Below, in pieces: positions 11,507-20,444 of a stretch of 64,000 nt of DNA. The notes below the pieces were generated by a model, which did no database searches, had not been told where the DNA came from, and was given only the letters and a program-made list of their open reading frames with translations. Position 1 is the stretch's first letter. Each line of letters opens with the position of its first letter. Source of the stretch: an uncultured cyanobacterium (lineage in GTDB: Bacteria; Cyanobacteriota; Cyanobacteriia; Cyanobacteriales; Nostocaceae); contig OY970166.1 of the NCBI GenBank assembly GCA_963706595.1, positions 5,216,001 through 5,280,000 of the forward strand, in the 5' to 3' direction. Position numbers and translations under genes: made by a program.

Positions 11507-11655
11507 TGTACACACAAGTCGGGAAATTCTCTTTTGTATTAAGAGACCCCACCCCTAACCCCTCCCCGCAAGCGAGGAGGGGAACTGGATTGCCGCTTAA
11601 GTCGTGTTTTTAGGACTGGAAAATCTCTTTGGTTCAGGATGTGTGTACACCGTAG
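11507..11655. mobile_element. MITE with IS50/IS4-like 19-bp ends (left end truncated)
   Basis: TGTACACACAAGT ... GGATGTGTGTACACCGTAG; inverted homologue at 32580-32734. Confidence 0.75.
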
Positions 11656-11699
11656 TCCCCCTCGCCTGCACTCTGCTTTCTTTCCTCTTCTTCTTAACC

Positions 11700-12245
11700 A
11701 TGCCAGAATTAATGCCAATCATGCAATTGGGCGCTCCTATACTGCGCCAAAAAGCGACTTGGGTTGAAAATACTCAAGATGAACAGATTCAAAAGCTCAT
11801 TGACAACTTGACTGTAACAGTTGCCCAGGCTAACGGTGTGGGCATTGCTGCGCCTCAAGTAGCCGCATCCTATCGTTTATTTATTGTGGCTTCTCGCCCT
11901 AATTTGAGGTATCCCAACGCCCCGGTGATGGAGCCTACAGCCATGATTAATCCGAGAATAATTGCTCATTCTACTGAAATTGTCAAAGGTTGGGAAGGTT
12001 GTTTAAGTGTTCCTGGTATTAGAGGTTTAGTGCCAAGATATCAAGCCGTTGAAGTTGCATATACTGACCGCAATGGCAAGTTACAAAAGCAAAAATTAAC
12101 TGATTTTGTGGCTCGGATTTTTCAACACGAGTATGATCATCTCGATGGTGTGCTGTTTATAGATCGTGTTGAAAACTCTCTTGACATGATTAGTGAGGAT
12201 GAATACCAAAAAATAATTAATCCTACATATAGGAATCCGGTTTGA
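11700..12245 (+). CDS. def: Peptide deformylase
   Basis: GVGIAAPQV, EGCLSV and QHEYDHLDG motifs. ATG at 11700; the upstream ORF extension is MITE sequence. Confidence 0.96.
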   Translation: MPELMPIMQLGAPILRQKATWVENTQDEQIQKLIDNLTVTVAQANGVGIAAPQVAASYRLFIVASRPNLRYPNAPVMEPTAMINPRIIAHSTEIVKGWEGCLSVPGIRGLVPRYQAVEVAYTDRNGKLQKQKLTDFVARIFQHEYDHLDGVLFIDRVENSLDMISEDEYQKIINPTYRNPV

Positions 12246-12354
12246 TATCTAAATTTATTTGCGTAGGTAGGGAGTGGGGAGTGGGGAGTGGGGAGTAGGG
12301 AAAAAGAAATAATGTGTATGGAGTTTTATTCAAAAATCAAATAGGAGTCCTATA
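12228..12354. mobile_element. TA-flanked MITE containing a GGGAGTG tandem; overlaps the def stop codon
   Basis: Terminal inverted repeats TATAGGAATCCGGTTTGAT / ATCAAATAGGAGTCCTATA (16 of 19 complementary). Confidence 0.7.
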
Positions 12355-12450
12355 GATTAAGATATTTCTCCAGGAAGAGACTGGACACTGAAGCATCAAG
12401 TTATATTTAACCTATTGTTAACCTTAGCTTTGGTGTATTTTATTGTTTAA

Positions 12451-13348
12451 ATGGTCAGAGATATCAGTAGTTGTCGCTGGAATCCACAGATAAATAAAAA
12501 CATCAGCCCAGAAGTGACACAGCAACAGGTAGAACTGTATTCTGGCGGATTACAAATTGTTCATGCAACGAACGGGCGCATCCGTATCCGCGCTACTGAC
12601 GCTAATTTTCACCCGAAATTAGAGTCTATCTCCCAAGATTTACGGCAGTACAAAGGAGTGATGGCAGTTTGTGCTAATCAGCAAATAGGTAGTTTGGTGG
12701 TGACATTTGATCAAACTCTACTGTCAATGCCGCAAATGTTGAGTATTCTGCAAGAGTTCGACGTTGAACAAATCCCCGTCGGCAATGTAGATGCTTTGGC
12801 TGCGTGGAAATCTCTGGATTTTTGGCAAGAACAATCTATTTCGTTGATTCCTTTGGTGACTGGTTTGGCGGTGACAGGAGGATTGGGAATCAGTGGTTGG
12901 GCAGCTATTCCAGTGTATATGATGACCGCAGATGCGACTCGTCGGGTAATTGACTATCTGGAACCAAAATTTTCGGTGTCAGATGTAGACAAACCTACTG
13001 AATCTTCTGTTTCAACCAGTGATGATTGCGCCACTCTGCAAACACCATTATCTGATCATCCCAGGCTTGCTTACACTGTTATTCATGCCATACCTGGAAG
13101 AATCAGGTTTCATCTACCTCAACTCGCCCAAGATAGCGCCTATCGGCAGCGACTAGAGAGGTTATTGAAAGCAGATCCCCAAGTGGTGAATGTGCGGCTG
13201 AATGATCGTGCAGCATCAATTGCGATCGCCTATCAACCTGGCTACAGTAGCTGTAACTCATTGGGTGAATCTGATGGAATTAGCTTTGAAAACGCACCCA
13301 TCAGCAAACTCTGTCAACGTGTCTAATCCAGCAACTGACGCGATGTAG
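12451..13348 (+). CDS. Two-HMA2-domain membrane protein; apparent +1 frameshift near 13240
   Basis: IVHATNGRIRIR and VIHAIPGRIRFH motifs flank a Gly-rich hydrophobic hairpin. After AYQP an alternative frame gives ATVAVTHWVNLMELALKT...TAG at 13348, completing the helix; the ORF track ends at 13326. Confidence 0.72.
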
Positions 13349-13470
13349 TTATTGTTTATCCTGGTGAGCAAACCTGCATCAAATCAAACTCTACCATCAG
13401 AAAGATGAGATCACAATCTGAGGTAAATTAAGCTAAAAAGCTTACCTACATCTAATAGAGTTAATTAATT

Positions 13471-13770
13471 ATGGCACTTAAAATTACTGATTTCATTGAA
13501 GATGCTGGCGCTCCTGGAATTATAGCAGGCATAGGGGCTGTACTATTAGCACCTGTCCTTATTCCTGTGGTCGCGGGAATTGGTAAACCCATAGCCAAGT
13601 CATTAGTCAAAGGTGGAATTGTCGCCTACGAAAAAAGCAAAGGCGCATTTGCCGAAATGGGCGAAACCTGGGAAGACATCATCGCCGAAGCGAAAGCTGA
13701 AATTGCCGAAGATCGAGAAACACCAACATTTGAATCATCTGCTGATAACACAGTAGAACATGGCGTATAA
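13471..13770 (+). CDS. DUF5132-type small GxxxG membrane protein (FezA-like)
   Basis: GIIAGIGAVLLAPVLIPVVAG TM segment, then KPIAKSLVKGG and acidic ETWEDIIAEAKAE. Confidence 0.78.
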   Translation: MALKITDFIEDAGAPGIIAGIGAVLLAPVLIPVVAGIGKPIAKSLVKGGIVAYEKSKGAFAEMGETWEDIIAEAKAEIAEDRETPTFESSADNTVEHGV

Positions 13771-13784
13771 ATCGGCTATTAAAA

Positions 13785-13964
13785 GTTTGTAGTGAAGACT
13801 TCAGTCCTCAAAATAAATACGACTTACGCAGGAACTTGTGGAAATTCTCATTTGTGGTTGATGATTTCATCATCTTGCGTAAGTCAAATCAATTCAAAAT
13901 TTTATTTCTTGTTCATTTTGAATTAAAAAAAAGTAATGAGAGGACTAAAGTCCTGACTACGAGC
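13785..13964. repeat. Nested inverted-repeat element
   Basis: Outer arms GTTTGTAGTGAAGACTTCAGTCCT / AGGACTAAAGTCCTGACTAC. Inner perfect 10-bp pair GACTTACGCA (13821) / TGCGTAAGTC (13876) and pair AATTCAAAAT / ATTTTGAATT. Confidence 0.7.
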
Positions 13965-13991
13965 AAAAATATAATTTAGGAGGGCTACTGT

Positions 13992-14573
13992 GTGTTAACA
14001 AATAGTCATGGTAATCTCACCAAAATAGCCAAAGTTATTGAGAAAGCCACCTTCAAAACCACACCTAAACCTATATCCACTAAAATCATTAGTGATACTC
14101 CAGGAAGACTACGGTTAAGAATTTCTCAACCTCATCGTCATCCTAGAGAAATGCAACGTATTGCTAATGTACTCAAGGCACAACCTCATATCATTGAGGT
14201 GAGAACAAATATTAGTCACGGTAGTATGATCATCAACCATGATGGTAAAGATGCCACCTTGGAAAATGTGTTGACTAATTTATTGGATTTAGGAGTGACT
14301 TTTGCTGATATTACTGAGGGTAACTCGGAAGCAGCAGAAGATGTCAAAAATACAATGAGCCACTTAAATAAACGATTTGAGCAGGCGACAAGTGGTGAAG
14401 TTGATTTGCGCTTTCTTTTTCCTCTAGGACTGAGCATTTTGGCTGTTAGACAAATTATATTTAAGGGTTTGCAACTGGAAATTATTCCTTGGTATGTGTT
14501 GGCATGGTATGCCTTTGATAGTTTTATGAAATTAAATAGTAATAGCCAACTACAGCTAAATACTGAGCATTAA
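13992..14573 (+). CDS. HMA2-domain protein with C-terminal membrane segments (FezC-like)
   Basis: IISDTPGRLRLR motif; hydrophobic FLFPLGLSILAV and IPWYVLAWYAF segments; GTG start preceded by AGGAGG. Confidence 0.78.
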   Translation: MLTNSHGNLTKIAKVIEKATFKTTPKPISTKIISDTPGRLRLRISQPHRHPREMQRIANVLKAQPHIIEVRTNISHGSMIINHDGKDATLENVLTNLLDLGVTFADITEGNSEAAEDVKNTMSHLNKRFEQATSGEVDLRFLFPLGLSILAVRQIIFKGLQLEIIPWYVLAWYAFDSFMKLNSNSQLQLNTEH

Positions 14574-14624
14574 TAGCATTTTGCTTGCCCTTGTTGTGTA
14601 TCTGAATCACTTAGGAACAAAAAA

Positions 14625-14653
14625 ATCCCCGACTTCTTGAAGAAGTCGGGGAT
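14625..14653. terminator. Perfect palindrome between convergent genes (bidirectional terminator or dispersed repeat)
   Basis: ATCCCCGACTTCTT-G-AAGAAGTCGGGGAT, preceded by an A-tract. Confidence 0.7.
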
Positions 14654-14680
14654 CTGAGCCTCTCGTTATGTGCAGTAATT

Positions 14681-17476
14681 TTATTTTTTACCTGTAATCT
14701 GTTTAATTAAATTACCAATTAAAGGTAACTGTTCTAATACCATTTTTATCAAATCTACACTGCTTTTCTCAGATAAGCGGTCATCTTGACGAAGTTGTAA
14801 AACTCCAATTAAAACAATAAATATAGCTGTGCCAATAATTGTTAAAGCTAGATAAGGCAATGGTAATGAGCCGCCGAAAAATGCAATCATACAAAATACA
14901 ATTACAAATACGAATAAATAGAACATTCCATTTCTAAACGCAAAAGGCAATTTAACTTGCTCTGCTGGTTGAGGTTTTTCTTCATCATTAGAATTTTGTG
15001 TCATCACATTATTTCCTTGTTGGGTTATTACTTGTTCTATTCGAGCATTATTAATAGAAATCAAAGTATCTCCTCCTTGTGCTTTTGGTTCTTTTTTAGT
15101 TAGCTGAATTCTATCCATCACATCATTAATTAAGCCTGAAACATTAACTTGTTCATAGCTTTTTTCACATTGAACATCATATATTTTATGAGCGATACGA
15201 TTTCTTAAATTCTCAAACTGATAAAAATAAGGCTCTTGATTATTTTTACATACAGAACAATTACAAGGAATTAATTTATTAAACTTTAATTTTTTATAAG
15301 AATCATGTATTTTATCAAGTTCGTGAGTGACACGTGTTAATAAATCTCGTTTTTGTAAACCTTCAATCCTAATTTTAATTTCCCGTTTGTCGTAATATTC
15401 AATCACCTCTGCTTTCGTCTCATCTGCACTGAGAATAACGCCGCTTTTCCAAACATACTTTTGTTCATCAATTAAGCTGTGCATAGCAACTATGAACTGA
15501 GTAATAATACCTTTGGGCATGAAATCATAAGTGTAACGCAAAATTAGGTTTTCACTTTTATTCCAGTTATATTCCGGCTGTTTTTCAGATAATAGTTGTG
15601 GCGCAATGTAATTTTTAGGGTTATTGGGAATTTCGTAACACAACTTGAAATTCATCATCAATTGTAGCAAATCGCCTTGCTTGGCAGCATATTGTTCTTC
15701 CTGCCAAATATTTTGCAATTCTTTCCAGGTGAATTTACCAAAGTTATTAACTACTTCTTTATTATCCAAAACTTTGTAAACTGCATCAGTCCCCCAATTG
15801 GGTTTAAGGATAATAATATTATTTAAAATAGGGTCATCTTGGAAGTGTAAACATACACCTAAATCATGTAAATAACCACTTAATTGCAACTTGTCTTTTC
15901 GTTGGGTGAAGCCTTTTTCTTGACAGATTTGTAAATATTCATCCAAGTTGATATAGTTGCGTGGGTCATTTTCCAACTCTTCCCGGACTTTTACCCAAGT
16001 TTTGGGAAGTGGTGTACCAATGTGAGGTAGTGAAATAATATGATGCTTGATTTCTCGCAGTAATTCTGGTAAACCTCTGTTAGTAGCAAGGTTGGTTGCT
16101 AAGGTTGCCTTTAAATTACTAAATCTTCCCCTTAATTGCGGTTCATTGATTTCACGTTTACGGTCTTGCTTTTCATTTTTGACAATTAATACTGGACTGT
16201 TATCGCTCAATAATTCTACTACGTTCAGCCAGTAGTTAAAATTGGTATCTTCCTTGCGATTATCAGCTACCAAGGTATAGAGAGAGCGCTTAGTGAGGAA
16301 AAATTGGTGGGTGGCATGATAAATTTCTTGTCCTCCAAAGTCCCAAATATTAACTCGGAAATCTCTCTTATTTTTCATTTTGAATTGCCAGTGAATCACC
16401 TCAATTCCATTGGTAGAATCTTCCTCTTGTAGTTGATAATTATAACTTTTAATTTTATTTGCCAGAGTCGTTTTACCTGCACCACCTTCACCGACAATCA
16501 GCAATTTTGCCTCATACAGATAATCTGTGCCTTCCGCTTTTAATTGTCGGAAATAATCTTTAATTGATTCCAGACCTTTTTTTACAACTTCCGGTGGTGG
16601 CTTTTCAATGGGGTTGCCGATTAAATAGAGTTCCGTGAGATTTTGCAGACGGGTAATCGCATCAGGCAATGTGGTGATTTGGTTGCTGCCTAAATTCAGT
16701 GTGGTGAGATTTTGCAGACGGGTAATCGCATCTGGGAATGTGGTGATTTGGTTGGCGATTAAATTCAGTGTAGTGAGATTTTGTAGACTGGCGATCGCAT
16801 CTGGCAATGTCGTGATTTGGTTCTCCCATAAATACAGTGTAGTGAGACTTTGCAGACTGGCGATCGCATCTGGTAATGTGGTAATTTCGTTGTTGCTTAA
16901 ATCCAGTGTGGTGAGATTTTGCAGACGGGTAATCGCATCTGGCAATGTAGTGATTTTGTTGCCGCCTAAATACAGTGTGGTGAGATTTTGCAGACTGGCG
17001 ATCGCATCTGGCAATGTTGTAATTCCGTTGAAGCTTAAATTCAGTATAGTGAGATTTTGCAGATGGGCGATCGCATCAGGTAATGTCGTGATTTGGTTGT
17101 GGCTTAAATCCAGTTCCGTGAGATTTTGCAGACTGGCGATCGCATCTGGCAATATACTGATTTTGTTGTTGCCTAAATTCAGATAGGTGAGATTTTGCAG
17201 ACTGGCGATCGCATCTGGCAATGTTGTAATTCCGTTGAAGCTTAAATTCAGTATAGTGAGATTTTGCAGACTGGCGAGCGGATCAGGCAATGTGGTGATT
17301 TCGTTGAAGCTTAAATTCAAAACTTGCAACCAGTCAAAATCAAATACCTCAGCCGGAATCTCTGTTAATTTTTCCTTGTCATCAGCTTCCCAATCATTGC
17401 TTAAATCCAATTCCGGAAGCCGCTTCTCCTTGACTTCCTGGATTTTTTCCCAGACGCGTTGAGGTATTTGTGACAT
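14681..17476 (-). CDS. Roco-family protein: LRR-Roc GTPase-COR-C-terminal two-TM domain
   Basis: About eleven 23-aa LRRs; Roc motifs GEGGAGKTT, WDFGGQ, NEKQD; COR GYLHDLGVCLHF; Cys cluster CNCSVC...C; hydrophobic C-terminal hairpin. ATG start at 17476. Confidence 0.93.
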   Translation of the reverse strand: MSQIPQRVWEKIQEVKEKRLPELDLSNDWEADDKEKLTEIPAEVFDFDWLQVLNLSFNEITTLPDPLASLQNLTILNLSFNGITTLPDAIASLQNLTYLNLGNNKISILPDAIASLQNLTELDLSHNQITTLPDAIAHLQNLTILNLSFNGITTLPDAIASLQNLTTLYLGGNKITTLPDAITRLQNLTTLDLSNNEITTLPDAIASLQSLTTLYLWENQITTLPDAIASLQNLTTLNLIANQITTFPDAITRLQNLTTLNLGSNQITTLPDAITRLQNLTELYLIGNPIEKPPPEVVKKGLESIKDYFRQLKAEGTDYLYEAKLLIVGEGGAGKTTLANKIKSYNYQLQEEDSTNGIEVIHWQFKMKNKRDFRVNIWDFGGQEIYHATHQFFLTKRSLYTLVADNRKEDTNFNYWLNVVELLSDNSPVLIVKNEKQDRKREINEPQLRGRFSNLKATLATNLATNRGLPELLREIKHHIISLPHIGTPLPKTWVKVREELENDPRNYINLDEYLQICQEKGFTQRKDKLQLSGYLHDLGVCLHFQDDPILNNIIILKPNWGTDAVYKVLDNKEVVNNFGKFTWKELQNIWQEEQYAAKQGDLLQLMMNFKLCYEIPNNPKNYIAPQLLSEKQPEYNWNKSENLILRYTYDFMPKGIITQFIVAMHSLIDEQKYVWKSGVILSADETKAEVIEYYDKREIKIRIEGLQKRDLLTRVTHELDKIHDSYKKLKFNKLIPCNCSVCKNNQEPYFYQFENLRNRIAHKIYDVQCEKSYEQVNVSGLINDVMDRIQLTKKEPKAQGGDTLISINNARIEQVITQQGNNVMTQNSNDEEKPQPAEQVKLPFAFRNGMFYLFVFVIVFCMIAFFGGSLPLPYLALTIIGTAIFIVLIGVLQLRQDDRLSEKSSVDLIKMVLEQLPLIGNLIKQITGKK
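16620..17330 (-). repeat. Intragenic 69-bp tandem repeats encoding the LRRs
   Basis: GTGAGATTTTGCAGA recurs every 69 bp; 16979-17063 is identical to 17186-17270. Confidence 0.92.
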
Positions 17477-17650
17477 ATTTGTGCCTTGCAGATAAAAGAA
17501 ATGCTGCGCCTTCCGCCTGTCAGCAACCACCTGATTACAAGGTATTTACACCAGCATTAACAATTTTTACGTAATTATAAGCTCAAATATAGCGCTTTTT
17601 GCTTAAGTGCAGCAGTTTTTTACGTCACAGACGGCACTATCCTAAAATTT

Positions 17651-17770
17651 CGGTGCGTTAGGACTAAAGCCCATAACGCACCCTACCTGATGCGAATTAC
17701 TGTCTTATAAAACATCCCTCTCCTTACCAAGGAGAGGGACAGGTTTTGCACAGCAAAACCAGGGTGAGGT
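17651..17770. repeat. Cluster of REP-like hairpins
   Basis: GGTGCGTTA...TAACGCACCCTAC; CCCTCTCCTT-ACC-AAGGAGAGGG (17716-17738); GGTTTTGC..GCAAAACC. Confidence 0.7.
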
Positions 17771-17778
17771 TCCGTATT

Positions 17779-18273
17779 CTATCTACATTCCAAAGACTCG
17801 CGAGTATCCACACCAGTCTGAGAATTCACCCCGCTAGCCTGAGTGCAAAGTTTTTTAATCTGCGGTCCATCTAAAATTGCATTAGTAAAATCAGCCCCAG
17901 TGATGTCAACATTATCAAAAACCGAACGTAACATCATGGCATTGGTAAATACCGCATCAGTTAAATCAGCACCCTTGAACAGTGTCAAATAGGCGATACC
18001 ATTACTAAAATCGACACCATGCATATTCACGCCCTCCAACAGCGAACCGTTAAACACGCCGCCACGGAAATCAGCATTGCTAAAATTAGTATTCTCTAAA
18101 ACCACATTGGTAAACTCAGATCCCACCAAATCTTTACCAGAGTAATCCTTAACCTCAACTTCCTCACTCATATAACTGTTAACGGTAGAAGAACTAGCAG
18201 CTTGCGCCGAGAGGGGAAACAAAAACAGAACCATAGCTAAAACACAGCTAGCCAGTAGTTGCCTATACTTCAT
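17779..18273 (-). CDS. Secreted/lumenal pentapeptide repeat protein
   Basis: Signal peptide ending AQA; A(D/N)FxN-type repeats; terminal LC...TRESLEC. Confidence 0.9.
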   Translation of the reverse strand: MKYRQLLASCVLAMVLFLFPLSAQAASSSTVNSYMSEEVEVKDYSGKDLVGSEFTNVVLENTNFSNADFRGGVFNGSLLEGVNMHGVDFSNGIAYLTLFKGADLTDAVFTNAMMLRSVFDNVDITGADFTNAILDGPQIKKLCTQASGVNSQTGVDTRESLECR

Positions 18274-18408
18274 AATCTTTTATTAACAAAACTCAACAAT
18301 TGCACTATTTACTAGTGAACGTCTAAATATACCAGCCTGTCAAACTATCAACCATCTCTTAGGATATATAGATATTGACCATATTGACGTGCGATCGCAA
18401 AAATACCT

Positions 18409-19545
18409 GTGGCTAATCAACAAGACATCACCCAATCCCTAACGCGAACCCCCCTATATCAAAGGAGTGCAGAACTCAAAGCCCGCTTTACCAGCTTTGG
18501 TGGTTGGGAAATGCCTGTACAATTTGCTGGTATTAGCAAAGAACACGAAGCCGTGAGAAACGCGGCTGGGATGTTCGATATTTCTCACATGGGCAAATTT
18601 ACCCTCCAAGGTAAACACCTCATTGACCAACTTCAGCGTTTAGTACCTTCGGACTTGAATCGATTGCAACCAGGTCAAGCGCAATACACCGTATTGTTAA
18701 ATCCCCAAGGGGGAATTATTGACGACATCATTGTTTATTATCAAGGTGAAGATGCCACAGGCACACCACAAGCTGTAATTATTGTCAATGCTTCAACCAC
18801 AGCTAAAGATAAAGCATGGTTATTGCAACACCTTGATTTAAATCAGGTGCAATTCCAAGACTTGTCACCAGAAAAAGTGTTAATTGCCGTGCAAGGGACA
18901 AAAGCAGTTAAATATCTCCAGCCCTTAGTAGAATCAGACTTAGAACCAATCAAAGCCTTTGGACACCTCCAAGCGACAATACTGGGTAAACCTGCCTTTA
19001 TTGCCCGCACAGGTTACACCGGCGAAGATGGTTTTGAGGTGATGGTAGATCCAGATGTCGGAATAGCATTGTGGGAAAAACTCCATCAAGCTGGCGTTAC
19101 CCCCTGCGGACTAGGTGCTAGAGATACCCTGAGACTAGAAGCAGCAATGGCACTTTATGGACAAGATATCGACGACACCACCACACCCCTAGAAGCAGGT
19201 TTGAGTTGGCTAGTTCACCTCGATACCAAAGGTGATTTTATCGGGCGAGAAGTTTTAGCACAGCAAAAAGCCGATGGAGTGCAGAAGCGATTAATTGGTT
19301 TACAAATGTCAGGGCGTAATATTGCCCGTCATGGCTACCCAATTATATCAGCAGGTGCAGTTGTGGGAGAAATTACCAGTGGCACATTATCGCCTACATT
19401 GGGTTATCCCATAGCCTTAGCCTACGTTCCGACGACCCTTGCAAAGGTGGGTGAACAGCTATCTGTAGAAATTCGTGGCAAAACTTACCCAGGCGTTGTC
19501 GTCAAACGTCCCTTTTATCGCTCCAAAAATCGTGTCACTAGCTGA
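18409..19545 (+). CDS. gcvT: Glycine cleavage system T protein (aminomethyltransferase)
   Basis: FGGWEMPVQF, FDISHMG, RTGYTGEDGFE, GLGARDTLRLEA. Confidence 0.97.
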   Translation: MANQQDITQSLTRTPLYQRSAELKARFTSFGGWEMPVQFAGISKEHEAVRNAAGMFDISHMGKFTLQGKHLIDQLQRLVPSDLNRLQPGQAQYTVLLNPQGGIIDDIIVYYQGEDATGTPQAVIIVNASTTAKDKAWLLQHLDLNQVQFQDLSPEKVLIAVQGTKAVKYLQPLVESDLEPIKAFGHLQATILGKPAFIARTGYTGEDGFEVMVDPDVGIALWEKLHQAGVTPCGLGARDTLRLEAAMALYGQDIDDTTTPLEAGLSWLVHLDTKGDFIGREVLAQQKADGVQKRLIGLQMSGRNIARHGYPIISAGAVVGEITSGTLSPTLGYPIALAYVPTTLAKVGEQLSVEIRGKTYPGVVVKRPFYRSKNRVTS

Positions 19546-19600
19546 TAATGTGTTTTGAGTTACTTAATCTCAACTATTTTGATATCGAAGGAAAACTGAT

Positions 19601-19990
19601 ATGTCTTTGGAATATCCGCAGGATTTTAGATACCTGGATACTCATGAATACGTGCGGCTAGATGGTGAAATTGGCACCATTGGCATTACTGAATTTGCTG
19701 TAGACCAAATGGGTGATGTCGTATTTTTGGAATTACCTGACATTGGGGAACTTGTTACCAAGGGAGAAAGATTTGGCACTATTGAGTCTGTGAAAGCCGT
19801 TGAAGACCTGAATTCACCAGTCACCGGCACAGTCATAGAACGCAATGAAGCTTTAATTGAATCTCCCGAAGAAGTAGCAGAGGACCCCTATGGAGAAGCT
19901 TGGTTCTTAAAAGTACGTGTCAATGATGCAGATGAAGTCCTGGATGCTTTGACAGCCGATGAGTATCGCGCTTTGGTAGAAGGCGAGTAG
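19601..19990 (+). CDS. gcvH: Glycine cleavage system H protein
   Basis: Lipoyl-lysine motif IESVKAV; DPYGEAW. Confidence 0.97.
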   Translation: MSLEYPQDFRYLDTHEYVRLDGEIGTIGITEFAVDQMGDVVFLELPDIGELVTKGERFGTIESVKAVEDLNSPVTGTVIERNEALIESPEEVAEDPYGEAWFLKVRVNDADEVLDALTADEYRALVEGE

Positions 19991-20125
19991 AAAAGTCAGG
20001 GGGAATAATTTTTAATTTACTCCCCCACTTCAGAATAGACATCTCTCTTGACTCTGTGTTCTCTGTGTCTTCTGTGGTTTGTTTTTCCGGAATTATCCCT
20101 AATTCCTGAGAAAATTTGGTTCAGT

Positions 20126-20227
20126 TATAGCGGCACTTGAATGAAGTACATCATAGCCCCCTCCTCGCTTGCGGGGAGGGGGTTGGGGGTGGGGTTCTTG
20201 TATCTCACTTAAATGATAACCGCTATA
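20126..20227. mobile_element. Small TA-flanked MITE-like element
   Basis: Ends TATAGCGG / CCGCTATA. The internal CCCCTCCTCGCTTGCGGGGAGGGG hairpin is shared with the MITEs at 11507 and 32580. Confidence 0.6.
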
Positions 20228-20444
20228 TAATTCCAACACTTGTCAAAATCAATTTTTTTTAAACGAACCGCCAAGTACGCCAAGTACGCCAAGTGAAGAA
20301 AGAGAAGGAAGAAATGCTTTGCAAATTGGTTAAACGATTTTGTTCAAAAATCAGCCATAAAATTTAGATGAATTAATCACGGACTCCCACTTGTTACGAA
20401 TATTTGTTGCAAAATATGAAATAGTTACGTTTGGAGTTCAACTT

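Noticed and set aside
11604..11699. N-terminal extension of def in the ORF track
   Set aside because: Derived from MITE and pyrimidine-rich sequence; ATG at 11700 gives a normal-length enzyme.
16620..17330. Regular repeats with variable intervals resembling a CRISPR or DGR cassette array
   Set aside because: They are in-frame 69-bp LRR coding units within one ORF. The plus-strand ORFs 16635-17186 and 17187-17462 are antisense shadows.
18274..18408. Glycine riboswitch upstream of gcvT
   Set aside because: Short AT-rich divergent promoter region with no recognisable aptamer motifs.
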